From Alphaproteobacteria bacterium (GTDB lineage Bacteria > Pseudomonadota > Alphaproteobacteria > Bin95), in contig OZ219788.1 in assembly GCA_964291285.2 (NCBI GenBank), positions 480,001 through 544,000 of the forward strand: 64,000 bases of DNA, read 5' to 3'. The notes under the pieces were generated by a model that saw nothing but the letters and a program-made list of their open reading frames with translations, was not told the DNA's origin and did no database searches. How positions within the stretch are numbered: position 1 is the first letter of the stretch; every line of letters starts with the position of its first letter. Made by a program: the position numbers and the translations under genes. Shown one piece after another: positions 43,051 to 55,576 of the stretch.

Positions 43051-44556
43051 ATGGCGATCGACCAGCAGACCCGGGCCGAGATCCTGCGGCTGTATTTTGC
43101 CGAGAAGTGGCGGATCGGCACGATCGCGCGCCAGCTCGGCGTCCACCACGGCACGGTCGAGCGCGCGGTGGCGGCCGCCGGGGCGCCCACGCCTGAGAAG
43201 CGGCGCAGATCTTCGATGATCGATCCGTTCCTGCCCTTCGTCCGCCAGACCCTGGCGGTCTGGCCGAAGTTGCCCTCCAGCCGGCTCTACCGGATGGCGG
43301 TCGAGCGCGGTTACCGGGGGTGCGAGAGCCACTTCCGGCGCATGATCGCGCCCGGGCGTCCGCGGCCGGTGGCCGAGGCCTATCTGCGCCTCAAGGCCCT
43401 GCCCGGCGAGCAGGCCCAGGTCGACTGGGCCCACTTCGGCAAGGTGAGGATCGGGCGTGCGGAGCGCCCGCTGATGGCCTTCGTGATGGTGCTCGGCCAC
43501 TCGCGCCGCCTCTTCCTGCGCTTCTACCTCAACGCCGGGATGGACAACTTCCTGCGCGGCCATGTCGAGGCCTTCGAGGCTTGGCAGGGCGTGCCCCGCG
43601 AGCTCTGGTACGACAATCTGAAGAGCGTCGTGCTGGAGCGGCGCGGCGACGCCATCCGCTTCAATCCCCGGCTTCTCGACTTCGCAGGCGCCTACCGCTT
43701 CCTGCCGAAGCCGGTCGCGGTCGCCCGAGGCAACGAGAAGGGCCGCGTCGAGCGGGCCATACGCTATGTGCGCGACAGCTTCTTCGCCGCCCGCGCCTGG
43801 CGTGACCTCGACGATCTCAACGCCCAGGCCCGGGAGTGGTGCGAGGGCGTCGCCGCCGACCGCCCCTGGCCGGACGACCGCTCCCTCACCGTGAGCGAGG
43901 CCTTCGAGCGCGAGCGCGGCTCCCTGATGGCGCTGCCCGACGACCGTCCCCCCGTCGACGAGAGGGTCGAGGTCAGGATCGCCAAGACCCCCTATGCCAG
44001 GTTCGACCTCAATGACTACAGCGTCCCGCATACCCATGTCCGGCGCACCCTCACCGTGGCCGCGACGCTGGAAGAGGTGCGCATCCTCGACGGCATGGAG
44101 GTCATCGCCCGCCATCCGCGCAGCTTCGACAAGGCGGCCCGCATCGAGAACCCCGAACACATTGAGGAGCTGGTCAGGCGCAAGCGTCACGCCCGCAGCC
44201 TGCGCGGGCAGAGCCGGCTGCTCCAGGCCGCGCCCAACAGCGAGCGCCTGATCGCCGAGGCCGCCCCCCGCGGCGCTTATATCGGCGCCACCGTCGCCGC
44301 CCTGCTGCGCCTGCTCGACCAATACGGCGCCGCCGAGCTCGAAGCCGCCATCGACGAGGCCCTCGAACGCGGCGTCCCCCATCCCAATGCCGTGCGCCTC
44401 AGCCTCACACGGCGGCGCGAACTGCAGGACAGGCCGCCGCCGATCCCCATCGACCTGCCCAGGGACCCGCGCGTGCGCGACATCGCCGTGCGCGATCACG
44501 ATCTCGGCGGATACGACGGGCTGGCCGGCTACCATGAAAAGGACAGCGAAGAATGA
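43051..44556 (+). CDS. istA: IS21 transposase IstA
   Basis: QVDW, YDNLK and EKGRVER. Confidence 0.9.
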   Translation: MAIDQQTRAEILRLYFAEKWRIGTIARQLGVHHGTVERAVAAAGAPTPEKRRRSSMIDPFLPFVRQTLAVWPKLPSSRLYRMAVERGYRGCESHFRRMIAPGRPRPVAEAYLRLKALPGEQAQVDWAHFGKVRIGRAERPLMAFVMVLGHSRRLFLRFYLNAGMDNFLRGHVEAFEAWQGVPRELWYDNLKSVVLERRGDAIRFNPRLLDFAGAYRFLPKPVAVARGNEKGRVERAIRYVRDSFFAARAWRDLDDLNAQAREWCEGVAADRPWPDDRSLTVSEAFERERGSLMALPDDRPPVDERVEVRIAKTPYARFDLNDYSVPHTHVRRTLTVAATLEEVRILDGMEVIARHPRSFDKAARIENPEHIEELVRRKRHARSLRGQSRLLQAAPNSERLIAEAAPRGAYIGATVAALLRLLDQYGAAELEAAIDEALERGVPHPNAVRLSLTRRRELQDRPPPIPIDLPRDPRVRDIAVRDHDLGGYDGLAGYHEKDSEE

Positions 44557-45347
44557 CCGACACCCTCATGAACCGCGCCCGCGCGCTGGGCCTGCACGGC
44601 CTCCTCGCCCATTGGGGCGAAGTCGCGGAGCGCGACTGGCTCGCCTCCCTGATCGCGTGGGAAGAAGATGAGAAGCGCGCCCGAAGCCTCAAACGCCGCC
44701 TCGCCGACGCCCGCCTCGGACAGTTCAAGCCGCTCGCAGACTTCGACTGGGACTGGCCAAGGCGCTGCGACCGCATGGCCGTCGAGGACCTCATGACCCT
44801 CGACTTCCTCAAGGAGGCCGCAAACCTCGTACTGGTCGGACCCAACGGCGTCGGAAAGTCCACCATCGCCGCCAATATCGCCCACCGCGCCGTCCTCGAA
44901 GGCCACATCGTGCGCTTCGCAACCGCCGCCAGCCTGCTCGGCGAACTCGCCGCCATCGACTCCGACACCCTGCTCCAGCGCAGGCTGCGCTTCTACGCCC
45001 GACAGCACCTGCTGGTCATCGACGAAGTCGGATATCTCTCCTACTCCAACCGCCACGCCGACCTGCTGTTCAACATCGTCTCAAGCCGCAGCCAGCAGAA
45101 CTCAACCATAATCACCACGAACCGCCCCTTCGCCGAGTGGAGCGAGGCCTTCCCAAACGCCGCCTGCCTGGTCGCCCTCGTCGACCGGCTCGTCCACAAC
45201 GCCGAGATCGTCGCCATCGACGGCGACTCCTGGCGCCGCAAGGAAGCCGAGGAACGTCAGAAGCAGCGCAGCGCCGAACGCCGCCGCCGGCGCGGACCGA
45301 AAGCCGGGCAAAGCACTGGAAAGGCGAACCCGGTCCCGTCGCCATAG
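44553..45347 (+). CDS. istB: IS21 helper ATPase IstB
   Basis: GPNGVGKS, IDEVGY, TTN and LVDRLVH. Confidence 0.9.
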   Translation: MTDTLMNRARALGLHGLLAHWGEVAERDWLASLIAWEEDEKRARSLKRRLADARLGQFKPLADFDWDWPRRCDRMAVEDLMTLDFLKEAANLVLVGPNGVGKSTIAANIAHRAVLEGHIVRFATAASLLGELAAIDSDTLLQRRLRFYARQHLLVIDEVGYLSYSNRHADLLFNIVSSRSQQNSTIITTNRPFAEWSEAFPNAACLVALVDRLVHNAEIVAIDGDSWRRKEAEERQKQRSAERRRRRGPKAGQSTGKANPVPSP

Positions 45348-45349
45348 CC

Positions 45350-46222
45350 ATGCATCCCTCCCGCCCCCGCGAGCGGCGGGTGCGGGCCGAGAGCCTGCGG
45401 GGCTATCCCCTCGAACCCGTCGCCCGAGCCCTCGGCTACCGCAGCGATCCCGACAATGCCGTGCGCTGGAGACGGCCAGGATCGGTCCTCTCCATCAACC
45501 GCTTCATGTTCTACGACCATCTGCGCGCAGAGGAGGGAGCCGGGGCTATCGAACTGGCGGTCCATGCGCTCGGATGCACCCCGCCGGACGCCATCGACTT
45601 CCTCGCCGAACTGTCCGACCTCTCAATGCCCCCAGGCGGCCGCCGGCAGGCGCCGGCCAAGGACCCCCGCTGGCCCAACCTCCGGCGATACCTCGTCGAG
45701 CGGCGCGGCCTCGCGGACGCGCTCGTCACCCTGTGCCGCGACCTCGGCCTGGTCCATGCCGACCCTCACGGCAACCCCGTGTTCGTCCGCCGAAACGCCG
45801 CCGGCGAGGCTACCGGCATCGAAACCGTCACCGCTGACCGCAAAACGACCGCGGGCGGCGGCTTCTGGATGTCCTGGGAGACCGAATGGCCACACGCCGT
45901 CATCCTGGACGGCAACGCCCTCGACGCACTCTCCATCCTCTCCCTCCACCTCGGCCCGGTAAAACGCACCGAATGCGCCACCGTCTCCACCGGCGCCGTC
46001 GCCACCAAAGTCCCCAAATGGATCGAGGCATGGAACCCGCGCCTCATCTTCTGTGCATACGACGCCACCACAAACGGCGATCACGCCGCAAGGCGCCTCG
46101 CCCGCAACGACACCAGAATCGTCCGGCTGCGACCCGCACTCGACAACCGGGACTGGAACGACATGCTCATCCGCGACCGAGCCGGCGAACCAATCGAAAC
46201 CGATGACCAACAGATCAACTGA
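45350..46222 (+). CDS. Primase-like protein (DUF3991/TOPRIM-like) carried inside IS21
   Basis: G.GAI.L...A..FL N-terminal region, YLVERRGL, (D)GNALDALS, CAYDA and DWNDML. Confidence 0.6.
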   Translation: MHPSRPRERRVRAESLRGYPLEPVARALGYRSDPDNAVRWRRPGSVLSINRFMFYDHLRAEEGAGAIELAVHALGCTPPDAIDFLAELSDLSMPPGGRRQAPAKDPRWPNLRRYLVERRGLADALVTLCRDLGLVHADPHGNPVFVRRNAAGEATGIETVTADRKTTAGGGFWMSWETEWPHAVILDGNALDALSILSLHLGPVKRTECATVSTGAVATKVPKWIEAWNPRLIFCAYDATTNGDHAARRLARNDTRIVRLRPALDNRDWNDMLIRDRAGEPIETDDQQIN

Positions 46223-46282
46223 AAAACCGCAACCGGCCGAAAAATGTCAGCGAATAGGCGCGCTCTGTAACCGTCGCTAACA

Positions 46283-47267
46283 AGCGGCTTCATCCCCTCC
46301 GCCAGCCCCTCGCGCCGGGCGATGTCCACCACATATTCGCCGAGGTCGAACACCGAGCGCGCCAGCCGCGCCACCTCCTCATTGTCGGGCAGCAGAAGAG
46401 GCCATTCGAATTTCAGCATGAGCGCGCAGGACGGCATCAGCGCCACGATATCGTAGCCGGCGTCGGAGACCCCCAGTAACTCCGCAGCGATCCGCCCGGC
46501 CCGCCGGGCCACCGTTTCGATATCGCCCAGATCCAGTTGCGGCATGCCGCAGCAGCCGGGATGGACGATGTGCGTCTCGACGCCGTTCCGCGCCAGCACG
46601 GCGCGGGCGGCGAGGCCGGTTCCGGCTCGTTGTAGTTGCCGAGGCAGGTGGCGTAGAGCACGGCCTTGCGCCCGAAGGCCGGGGCGGCCTCGTTGAGCGC
46701 CGGCGCGCCCGCCATGGCGCGGTGCTCGAGGCTCTCATGGTGGAAGCGCGGCAGCGCGGCCTCGCGGTGGACGCCCGCCAAACCCTCGATCAGCGTGCGC
46801 ACGGGCTCGTTCGCCGTATCCAGCGCCCAGTTGGCGAGCGGTGCCGCCATGCCGCCAAAACGGCCGTTGCGGTCGGTCGCGGCAACCTCGCGGTCCTCGA
46901 AACGCCGCTCACCGCGCCGGAACTCCGCCGCCCGGTGGCGCAGCATCAGGTGGGGGAAATCCACCTCCAAAGGGTGCGGTGGCACATAGGGGCATTCGGT
47001 CTTGAAGCACATGTCGCAGAGCGTGCAGGCGTCCGCGACCGCCTTGAAATCCGCCGAGTCCACCGTGTCGAGCCCGCTCGACGGAGCCTTGTCGATCAGG
47101 TCGAACAGCCTCGGGAACGAGTCGCAAAGGCCGGAACAGCGCCGACAGCCATGGCAGATGCCGAACACCCGCCGGAGCTCGGCGTCCATGGCTTCGGAAT
47201 CGTCGAATTCCGGCGCGTCCCACGCCAGCGGGCGGCGCAGCGGGGCGTCGGGTCTGCCCTCGCGCAT
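46283..47267 (-). pseudogene. Fe-S oxidoreductase (GlpC/heterodisulfide-reductase-like), frameshifted near 46620 and truncated by IS21
   Basis: CHGCRRC..LC, CTLCDMC...CP, YATC, CCGMP and PSC. The frame breaks after YNEP and the gene ends at the IS21 IR. Confidence 0.8.
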
Positions 47268-47345
47268 GGGCTCCGACCTTCCCGGGACGGAAGGTTTGCG
47301 GGGGGACAGCCGGCCGGCCCCGCCGGCCGGATGTCCCCGCCGGAA

Positions 47346-49661
<2,316 letters not shown>

Positions 49662-49668
49662 TCAACAA

Positions 49669-49685
49669 TTTAGACCGATTCCAGG
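49669..49685. promoter_or_regulatory. Possible Irr-binding ICE-like site upstream of katG
   Basis: TTTAGACCGATTCCAGG resembles TTTAGAA-N3-TTCTAAA and lies next to a minus-strand TTGACG. Confidence 0.4.
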
Positions 49686-49718
49686 TTCCGGAATTTCAGG
49701 CGGTGCGCGTACCCGCGC

Positions 49719-50123
49719 CTAACGGATTCGCACCACCAGGTCGATGCGTTCCACCGTCTTGCCGCCGGGCGCTGCCGGCAGGCCGGTGATGCCGACATCT
49801 TCCGCGTCGAAGTCGATCAGCTCGTTCGTGCCCGTGTCGTAGAAATGGTGGTGGCGGGAAAGGTTGGTGTCGAAGCAGGCGCGGCCCGGCTCCACATCCA
49901 CCCGGCGCAGCAGTCCGGCATCCACGAACTGGTGCAGCGTGTTGTAGACCGTGGCCAGCGAGACGCGGACTCCGGCCTCGCGCGCCTCCCGGCTCAGTTC
50001 CTCGGCGCGGACATGGCGGTCGGGCCCGGCGAACAGGAGCCGCGCCAGCCCGAGCCGCTGCCGCGTCGGGCGCAGTCCGGCCCCGCGCAGCCGTGCCCTG
50101 ATGTCCGAAGCCTTGGCATCCAT
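49719..50123 (-). CDS. irr: Fur-family regulator, Irr-like
   Basis: GLRPTRQR, SLATVYNTLHQF and FDTN...HHHF. Confidence 0.8.
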   Translation of the reverse strand: MDAKASDIRARLRGAGLRPTRQRLGLARLLFAGPDRHVRAEELSREAREAGVRVSLATVYNTLHQFVDAGLLRRVDVEPGRACFDTNLSRHHHFYDTGTNELIDFDAEDVGITGLPAAPGGKTVERIDLVVRIR

Positions 50124-50256
50124 GACACCGGCGATCCTATAGCGCGGCGGGCGAAAGTCCAGCCGAAGGACTTGCCTGCGGCCGCCCCGGCGCAGCACGG
50201 CCCGATGGAAAATTTGGCTTCTCCCCGCCCGTCCGCGTCGTATAATTTCCCTCGCC

Positions 50257-51024
50257 ATGCCCGCCCGACACATCGGTCCGTTGCCCTCATCCCGGTTTCG
50301 CGTCGCCACGGCGGCGGCGTTGCTGGCGGCGCTGATGGTGTTCCCGGCGGCGGCCGGGCCGCTCGATGGCGCGCGGGCGGCATGGTCTGAAGGGCGGTTC
50401 CTCGAAGCCGCCGACATGGCGGAGGAAACCGGCGGGCCGGCGGGCCTCGCCTTCGCGGCGGAATCTCTGGCCCTGCAGGCATTCTACCTCGCGGCGGAGC
50501 AGGACCGGCCTGCACTGTTCGAGAGGGCGCTCGCGCTGGCGGCGCGCGCGGTCGAGGCAGCACCGGACCGGGCCTATGCGCATATCGCGGCGGCGCGCGT
50601 CATGGGCCGCCACGGACAGACGCTGAGCACTTCCGAAGCCGGCGACCGGGGCTATGCGACGAAGATCCGCGATTCGCTGAAGCGCGCGCTGGAGTTGAAA
50701 CCCGCGTCCGTGAAGGCGATGACGGGCCTCGCCATCTGGCATGCCCGCGTCGTGGAGGTTGCGGGCTCCTTCCTGGCCAGGATCACTTACGGCGCCCGCG
50801 AGAAATCGGTCCATGAGCTGTTCGGCCGCGTGCTCGAGGCCGCGCCCGGCGTGAAGGCGCCGCTCTACGAATATGCGCGCGCGCTGCGCATGCTGGGCGG
50901 AGACATGGACCGCGCCCGGGAGCTGCTCCGGCAGGCCATGGCGCGGCCGGCGAAGAACGCCTATCAGCGCATTATCGACGAACGCGCGGCCGCTCTTCTG
51001 GCGGAAATCGAAGCAGACGGCTGA
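50257..51024 (+). CDS. Exported TPR-like hypothetical protein
   Basis: Signal-peptide-like N-terminus followed by Ala-rich helical repeats. Confidence 0.6.
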   Translation: MPARHIGPLPSSRFRVATAAALLAALMVFPAAAGPLDGARAAWSEGRFLEAADMAEETGGPAGLAFAAESLALQAFYLAAEQDRPALFERALALAARAVEAAPDRAYAHIAAARVMGRHGQTLSTSEAGDRGYATKIRDSLKRALELKPASVKAMTGLAIWHARVVEVAGSFLARITYGAREKSVHELFGRVLEAAPGVKAPLYEYARALRMLGGDMDRARELLRQAMARPAKNAYQRIIDERAAALLAEIEADG

Positions 51025-51042
51025 TGGTCGCACTCGCCGCGG

Positions 51043-51498
51043 TCAGCCTTCGATGAGCTTGCGGTAGCGGGCGAGCCAGTGGGCGGCGAGCTCCGCCTCG
51101 TCGGCGCCCGTGTCGTAGGCGGGCGACACCACCATCTCGGCCGCGGTGACGGCGATATCGAAGATGCCGTGCATGCGGGGCTGCAGGTCCGGCCATTCCG
51201 TGAAGCGGGGCAGGAGGGCGTCGAACTCCGGCGCGCCGCGCGCATGGTAGGAGCCCCGGCCGCGCACGCGCACCGCCTTGCGCCGGAACACATCGACGAA
51301 GGCGAGCTCGCAGGCCGGATTGGCGGCAAGATTGCGCCTCGTGCCGGGGGAGCGCAGGTCCGAGAAGGCGAGCCGCGCCGGGTCCAGCACCACCACCGTC
51401 GCCTTGGGCGAAACGGCGGGTTCTCCCTCCGGCGTCACCGTCGCGGCCAGCGCCAGCGTGTTGTCGCGGATGAGCGCCGTCATTTCGGGCGTCAGCAT
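51043..51498 (-). CDS. Pyridoxamine 5'-phosphate oxidase-family protein
   Basis: ATVTPEG.P.VSPK and SPGT..NL..NP. Confidence 0.8.
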   Translation of the reverse strand: MLTPEMTALIRDNTLALAATVTPEGEPAVSPKATVVVLDPARLAFSDLRSPGTRRNLAANPACELAFVDVFRRKAVRVRGRGSYHARGAPEFDALLPRFTEWPDLQPRMHGIFDIAVTAAEMVVSPAYDTGADEAELAAHWLARYRKLIEG

Positions 51499-51600
51499 GG
51501 GGAACGGTCTCCCTCGGGGCGGGTCAGCGGCGGGCCGGGCTTGGACCCCGGGCGGAAATCGATATAGGCTCGCGCCGCCATCATGGGAAGGAGAGGGGAT

Positions 51601-52455
51601 ATGACCGGTTTCCAGCGCATCGAGGTGAAGCCCGTGGCCGGTGCGCTCGGCGCCGAGGTCGGCGGGGTCGATCTGGCGGATGTCGATGACGAGACCTTTG
51701 CGGAAATCCGCCGCGCGCTGCACGAGAACCTGGTGATCTTCTTCCGCGAGCAGGACATGACGCCCGAACAGCAGCTCGCCTTCGCGCGGCGCTGGGGGGA
51801 CATCCACCTGCACCCCTTCATGAAGGGCATGGACGACTATCCGGAGCTTCTCGAAATCAAGAAGACGCCGGTGGACACGAAGAATTTCGGCGGCGCCTGG
51901 CATTCGGACCAGATGTTCTCGCCCCAGCCCGCCATGGGCACCATCCTCTACGCCAAGCAGGTGCCGTCCAAGGGCGGCGACACGCTGTTCACCAACCAGT
52001 ATCTCGCCTATGAGATGCTTTCCGACGGCCTCAAGGAGACGCTTGCGGGTCTGCGCGCCGTCTCGGTCGGCGACCGCTTCAAGAGCGCCGGCGGCAAGAC
52101 CCGCAAGGAAATGTATGCCGGGCGCACCTCGATGCAGGTCAAGGACCCCGGCAATGTGCAGACCACCTCCTCGCACCCGGTGGTGCGCACCCACCCGGAG
52201 ACGGGCCGCAAGGCGCTCTATGTCGGCGGCCACTGCCAGCATTTCGACGGGCTGACGGACGCGGAGAGCGAGCCGCTGCTCGACTGGCTGCGCCAGCATT
52301 CCATCAAGCCGGAATTCCAGTGCCGCTTCCGCTGGGAGGAGGGGTCGGTCGCCTTCTGGGACAACCGCTGCACCCAGCATTACGCGCTCGACGACTATCC
52401 CGGCGAGACCCGCATCATGCACCGCGTCACCATCTGCGGCGACACGCCGGTCTGA
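51601..52455 (+). CDS. TauD/TfdA-family 2-oxoglutarate dioxygenase
   Basis: WHSD, GGDT, HPVVRTHPETGR and WDNRCTQH. Confidence 0.9.
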   Translation: MTGFQRIEVKPVAGALGAEVGGVDLADVDDETFAEIRRALHENLVIFFREQDMTPEQQLAFARRWGDIHLHPFMKGMDDYPELLEIKKTPVDTKNFGGAWHSDQMFSPQPAMGTILYAKQVPSKGGDTLFTNQYLAYEMLSDGLKETLAGLRAVSVGDRFKSAGGKTRKEMYAGRTSMQVKDPGNVQTTSSHPVVRTHPETGRKALYVGGHCQHFDGLTDAESEPLLDWLRQHSIKPEFQCRFRWEEGSVAFWDNRCTQHYALDDYPGETRIMHRVTICGDTPV

Positions 52456-52477
52456 CGGCGCGATACCGGAACTGTCC

Positions 52478-52879
52478 ATGATCGAACTGCTCGACCTCCG
52501 CCGCGACCTTGACGACCTGGTCCTGCTGGAAGGGCGCGGCGCCCACACCACGGAAGCGGAGGCGCAGGCCTCCTTCCGGAAGCTCGCCGACTTCCGCGAC
52601 GGCGGGCTGTTCGCCGCGCATTTCAGCGGCTCCAGCGGATGGGAGCGGCACCTCAAGGGCGACGAGATCGTCCAGATTCTCGAAGGCTCGACCCGCTTCG
52701 ACATCATCGTGGACGACAGGATCGAGTCGCACCGGCTCACCGCAGGCGCTCTCCTGGTGGTGCCGCAGGGCTGCTGGCACCGGTTCACCTCGGAAGACGG
52801 GGTCAAGGTGATGACCGCGACCCCGCAGCCGACCGAGCACCTGCATGTGGACGACCCGAGGGCGGTGAAGGCCGGCTGA
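52478..52879 (+). CDS. Cupin-domain protein
   Basis: WERH..GDE...LEG and VVPQGCWHR. Confidence 0.8.
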   Translation: MIELLDLRRDLDDLVLLEGRGAHTTEAEAQASFRKLADFRDGGLFAAHFSGSSGWERHLKGDEIVQILEGSTRFDIIVDDRIESHRLTAGALLVVPQGCWHRFTSEDGVKVMTATPQPTEHLHVDDPRAVKAG

Positions 52880-53100
52880 CCGCGGCATCGGCGACAGGCC
52901 GGATGCGGCGGACGAAAGCGGCCTCCCGCCGCCCGCTTCGAGACGAGTTCGGAAGAGCGCGCCTGCCGCATCGACGGTTTCCGCACCGTGCTTGCGCCCG
53001 TTCCAGAGGCTGCGGCTGCCTGACCCGGCCACGCCGCGCTCCGCGCCGGGGCGGCGGCTGTGCTTCGGAAAGCGCTTCCCTGGCGCTGTGTCATGGAATG

Positions 53101-54090
53101 TCATGTTTTGTCATGGTCGGGGGCGGAACCGGCGTCCTCCGGGCCGGTCCTCCGCTTCTTCCCCTTCTTCTTTTTCTGCTTCTTCCTCCTCGCCGCCGGT
53201 CCGCTCCAATCGTCATCTTCGTCGCCGCCCCGCTCTTCCCGTTCGAGGCGGCTCTGCCTGCGCTCCTCGACTTCCTCCGGGGCCCAGGGGTCGTAGATGT
53301 CGTCGTAGCCGTTGCGGCGCTGGTATAGCCAGTCATGTTCGGCGCCGTCGGCCCGGTCGTCGTCGGTGCTGTCCTCGTGGCCGGGCGTGTCGGCGGCGGC
53401 CCACGGGCAGTCTTCGTAGGTCTCCTCCGGCGGGTCGTCGGCCGGCGGCAGGTCGTTTGCCGGCGCGGGCGGGGGGCCGAAGCTGACGGGCAGGCGGGAG
53501 CGCTCCTCGACGGCCGCGGCGAGCCTGCGGGCGTCCTCCTCATGCGCGGCCCCGTCGAAGCCCTCCTGCGCCTCCATCTCCTCGCGCCGCTCGCGGTGGC
53601 GGGCGAGCGCTCGTTCGGCCCGGGCATGGCCGCTGCGCACGGCGTCTGCGAGCGGTCCGGGCTCGGTGCCCGCCTCCTGCGCCTCGCCCGCTTCGATCTC
53701 GCCGAACTCGTCCTCGTGCAGCAGCGGCCAGAGCCGGGCGCGGTTCGCGCCGGCCGGACTGACAAGCCCGGCGATCTCGGCCTGGAAGCGCAGCACCCGA
53801 AGCATCATGTAAGCCGAGCCGCTGGCGACGGCGGCGTCCCAAGCCTGCTCCGAGCGGGCGAGCAGGATGCGGGCCTCGTCGCGTTCGGTGCGCTTCCAGG
53901 ACAGGCGGATGCGGCGCACGCGTTCGACGATGTAGGGCCGCTCCAGCAGGGCGCATCCGGTCTGCCTTGCGGAGCGCTCGGCATAGCCGGCCTGCCTTGC
54001 AGCGTCGGCGGCATTGCCGGAGGCTGTGTAGTGGCGGCAGAAGGCTTCCTGGCGGGTGGAAAGCGCGACGGCGGGGTCGATGACGGGCAT
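53101..54090 (-). CDS. Orphan terminase-small-subunit-like HTH protein with a long acidic tail and basic C-terminus
   Basis: LSTRQEAFCRHY...NAADAARQAGYA...G..LL matches the TerS N-terminus. No other phage genes are nearby. Confidence 0.65.
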   Translation of the reverse strand: MPVIDPAVALSTRQEAFCRHYTASGNAADAARQAGYAERSARQTGCALLERPYIVERVRRIRLSWKRTERDEARILLARSEQAWDAAVASGSAYMMLRVLRFQAEIAGLVSPAGANRARLWPLLHEDEFGEIEAGEAQEAGTEPGPLADAVRSGHARAERALARHRERREEMEAQEGFDGAAHEEDARRLAAAVEERSRLPVSFGPPPAPANDLPPADDPPEETYEDCPWAAADTPGHEDSTDDDRADGAEHDWLYQRRNGYDDIYDPWAPEEVEERRQSRLEREERGGDEDDDWSGPAARRKKQKKKKGKKRRTGPEDAGSAPDHDKT

Positions 54091-54587
54091 GGTGTGCGGG
54101 TCCTTTCGTTCCGCTTCGGTTCGACGGCCATGCCGCCCCGGCATCGGAGCGACCCTTATCCGCGCGTATCCTGCGCGCGCCTGTGCCGGCGCGGGCGGGT
54201 GTCGGCGCCGGCGCGGTTCGCGCGCCTGATTGCGCGTGCGCGAGGCAGGCGCAGGGCACACCTCGCCTGTCGGCTGAATCGGGGTCGTTCCGCACCGGGC
54301 CGGCGCGGGCGGGAAGCGGTCCGCGCGGACTTCGCTCACCTCGGACCCATCATACCACGATTTCTGAAAATGCAAGCCTCAAATCAAGAATTATTACTTA
54401 AATTTCATGAACAACCTGTCGCGCCCTTTGTCGCCCTCGCGAAAGAGGTTGTGGAGAAACGGAGTAGCGGCCGCTCCTGTGGAAAGGGACACAACCGCAG
54501 CGAGTGCTCCTGCGGAACCTGTTCCCGGGCGTGCGATTCGATCCGGCCGAAGCGGTTGCCGGTGTGCGGTCAGCGCGGTGTCAAATT

Positions 54588-54602
54588 TGCGATTGACTTG
54601 CA
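54588..54602. promoter_or_regulatory. Iron-regulator box (TGC-N9-GCA) upstream of bfd
   Basis: TGCGATTGACTTGCA in an AT-rich context, overlapping a TTGACT -35-like hexamer. Confidence 0.55.
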
Positions 54603-54647
54603 TTTGCACATGGGTCAGGCTCTGCCGGTTCATCCGGGGACAGCGGC

Positions 54648-54866
54648 ATGTATGTCTGCATCTGCAATGCCTATCGCGACGCCGAGATCCGCGAGGCAGC
54701 GCGCTCGGGCCTGAGATGCGCACACAAGGCGTATGCGGCACTCGGCGGCGGCCCCCGCTGCGGCCGCTGCCTGCCGGTTGCCCAGGACCTGATCGACCGC
54801 GAGCATGATGCGCCGGTCGCCCTCGCGGTTTCCGCCGGGAACCCGCCCGGCGCGCGCGCCGGTTGA
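54648..54866 (+). CDS. bfd: Bacterioferritin-associated ferredoxin
   Basis: MYVCICN...CGRC. Confidence 0.9.
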   Translation: MYVCICNAYRDAEIREAARSGLRCAHKAYAALGGGPRCGRCLPVAQDLIDREHDAPVALAVSAGNPPGARAG

Positions 54867-54890
54867 GGCGCCGCCCGCAGCAGCCCTCCC

Positions 54891-55370
54891 TCAGTCCTCT
54901 GCCGGCTTGCTCTGCAGCTGGACGTAGTTCTCCATCCCCATCCGGGCGATCATTTCCCCCTGGGTCTCCAGCCAGTCCACATGCTCCTCCTCGCTTTCGA
55001 GGATTTCGCGCAGCAGATGGCGGGTCACATAGTCGGAGACCGCTTCGCAATGGGCGATGCCTTCGCGAAGCGGGGGGATGGCTTCATGCTCCAGTGCCAG
55101 GTCGGCGTCCAGGATTTCCTGCACCGTCTCGCCGATGCGGAGCCGGCCGAGGTCCTGGAGGTTGGGCAGCCCCTCGAGGAACAGGATGCGCTCGATGAGC
55201 TTGTCGGCATGGCGCATCTCATCGACCGATTCCTCATATTCGTGCTTCGCGAGCCTCGCGATTCCCCAGTTCCCGAGCATCCGGGAATGCAGGAAATACT
55301 GGTTGATCGCCGTCAGCTCGTTCTTCAGCACATCGTTGAGTATTGCGATGACCTTTTTATCGCCCTTCAT
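54891..55370 (-). CDS. bfr: Bacterioferritin
   Basis: MKGD...[11 protein letters not shown]...EMRHAD...[11 protein letters not shown]...EEEHVDWLE. Confidence 0.95.
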   Translation of the reverse strand: MKGDKKVIAILNDVLKNELTAINQYFLHSRMLGNWGIARLAKHEYEESVDEMRHADKLIERILFLEGLPNLQDLGRLRIGETVQEILDADLALEHEAIPPLREGIAHCEAVSDYVTRHLLREILESEEEHVDWLETQGEMIARMGMENYVQLQSKPAED

Positions 55371-55481
55371 TTCTCTCTCCTGCCGCTGGAATGGCTTCCC
55401 AACAGGGAATTGTTGCATGAATATATGAGCTGAAACATCGCAATGGCAAGGACAATAACTTATCAATTCACAAACTTTATT

Positions 55482-55576
55482 TGCGACGGATTTTCATTTT
55501 CATTCGCAGAATATTTGCGAGTGTTTCGCATTATCTTTCGCATGCACCAGGAATTGAGAACGAGAAGAATTCTCAT
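55482..55576. promoter_or_regulatory. Cluster of Fur-like boxes upstream of bfr
   Basis: TGCGACGGATTTTCA (55482), TGCGAGTGTTTCGCA (55516) and GAGAAGAATTCTCA (55562) in an AT-rich intergenic region. Confidence 0.5.

Larger units (their letters stand above)
42234..46282 (+). mobile_element. 4.05-kb IS21-family element with two passenger genes
   Basis: Imperfect ~40-bp terminal IRs TGTAGGTGACGGTCGTAAAAGGCGCTTATTTGCTG / CAGCGAATAGGCGCGCTCTGTAACCGTCGCTAACA. Confidence 0.8.

Noticed and set aside
53101-54090. Prophage or gene transfer agent
   Set aside because: No large terminase, portal, capsid, tail or integrase genes flank it; neighbours are metabolic genes.
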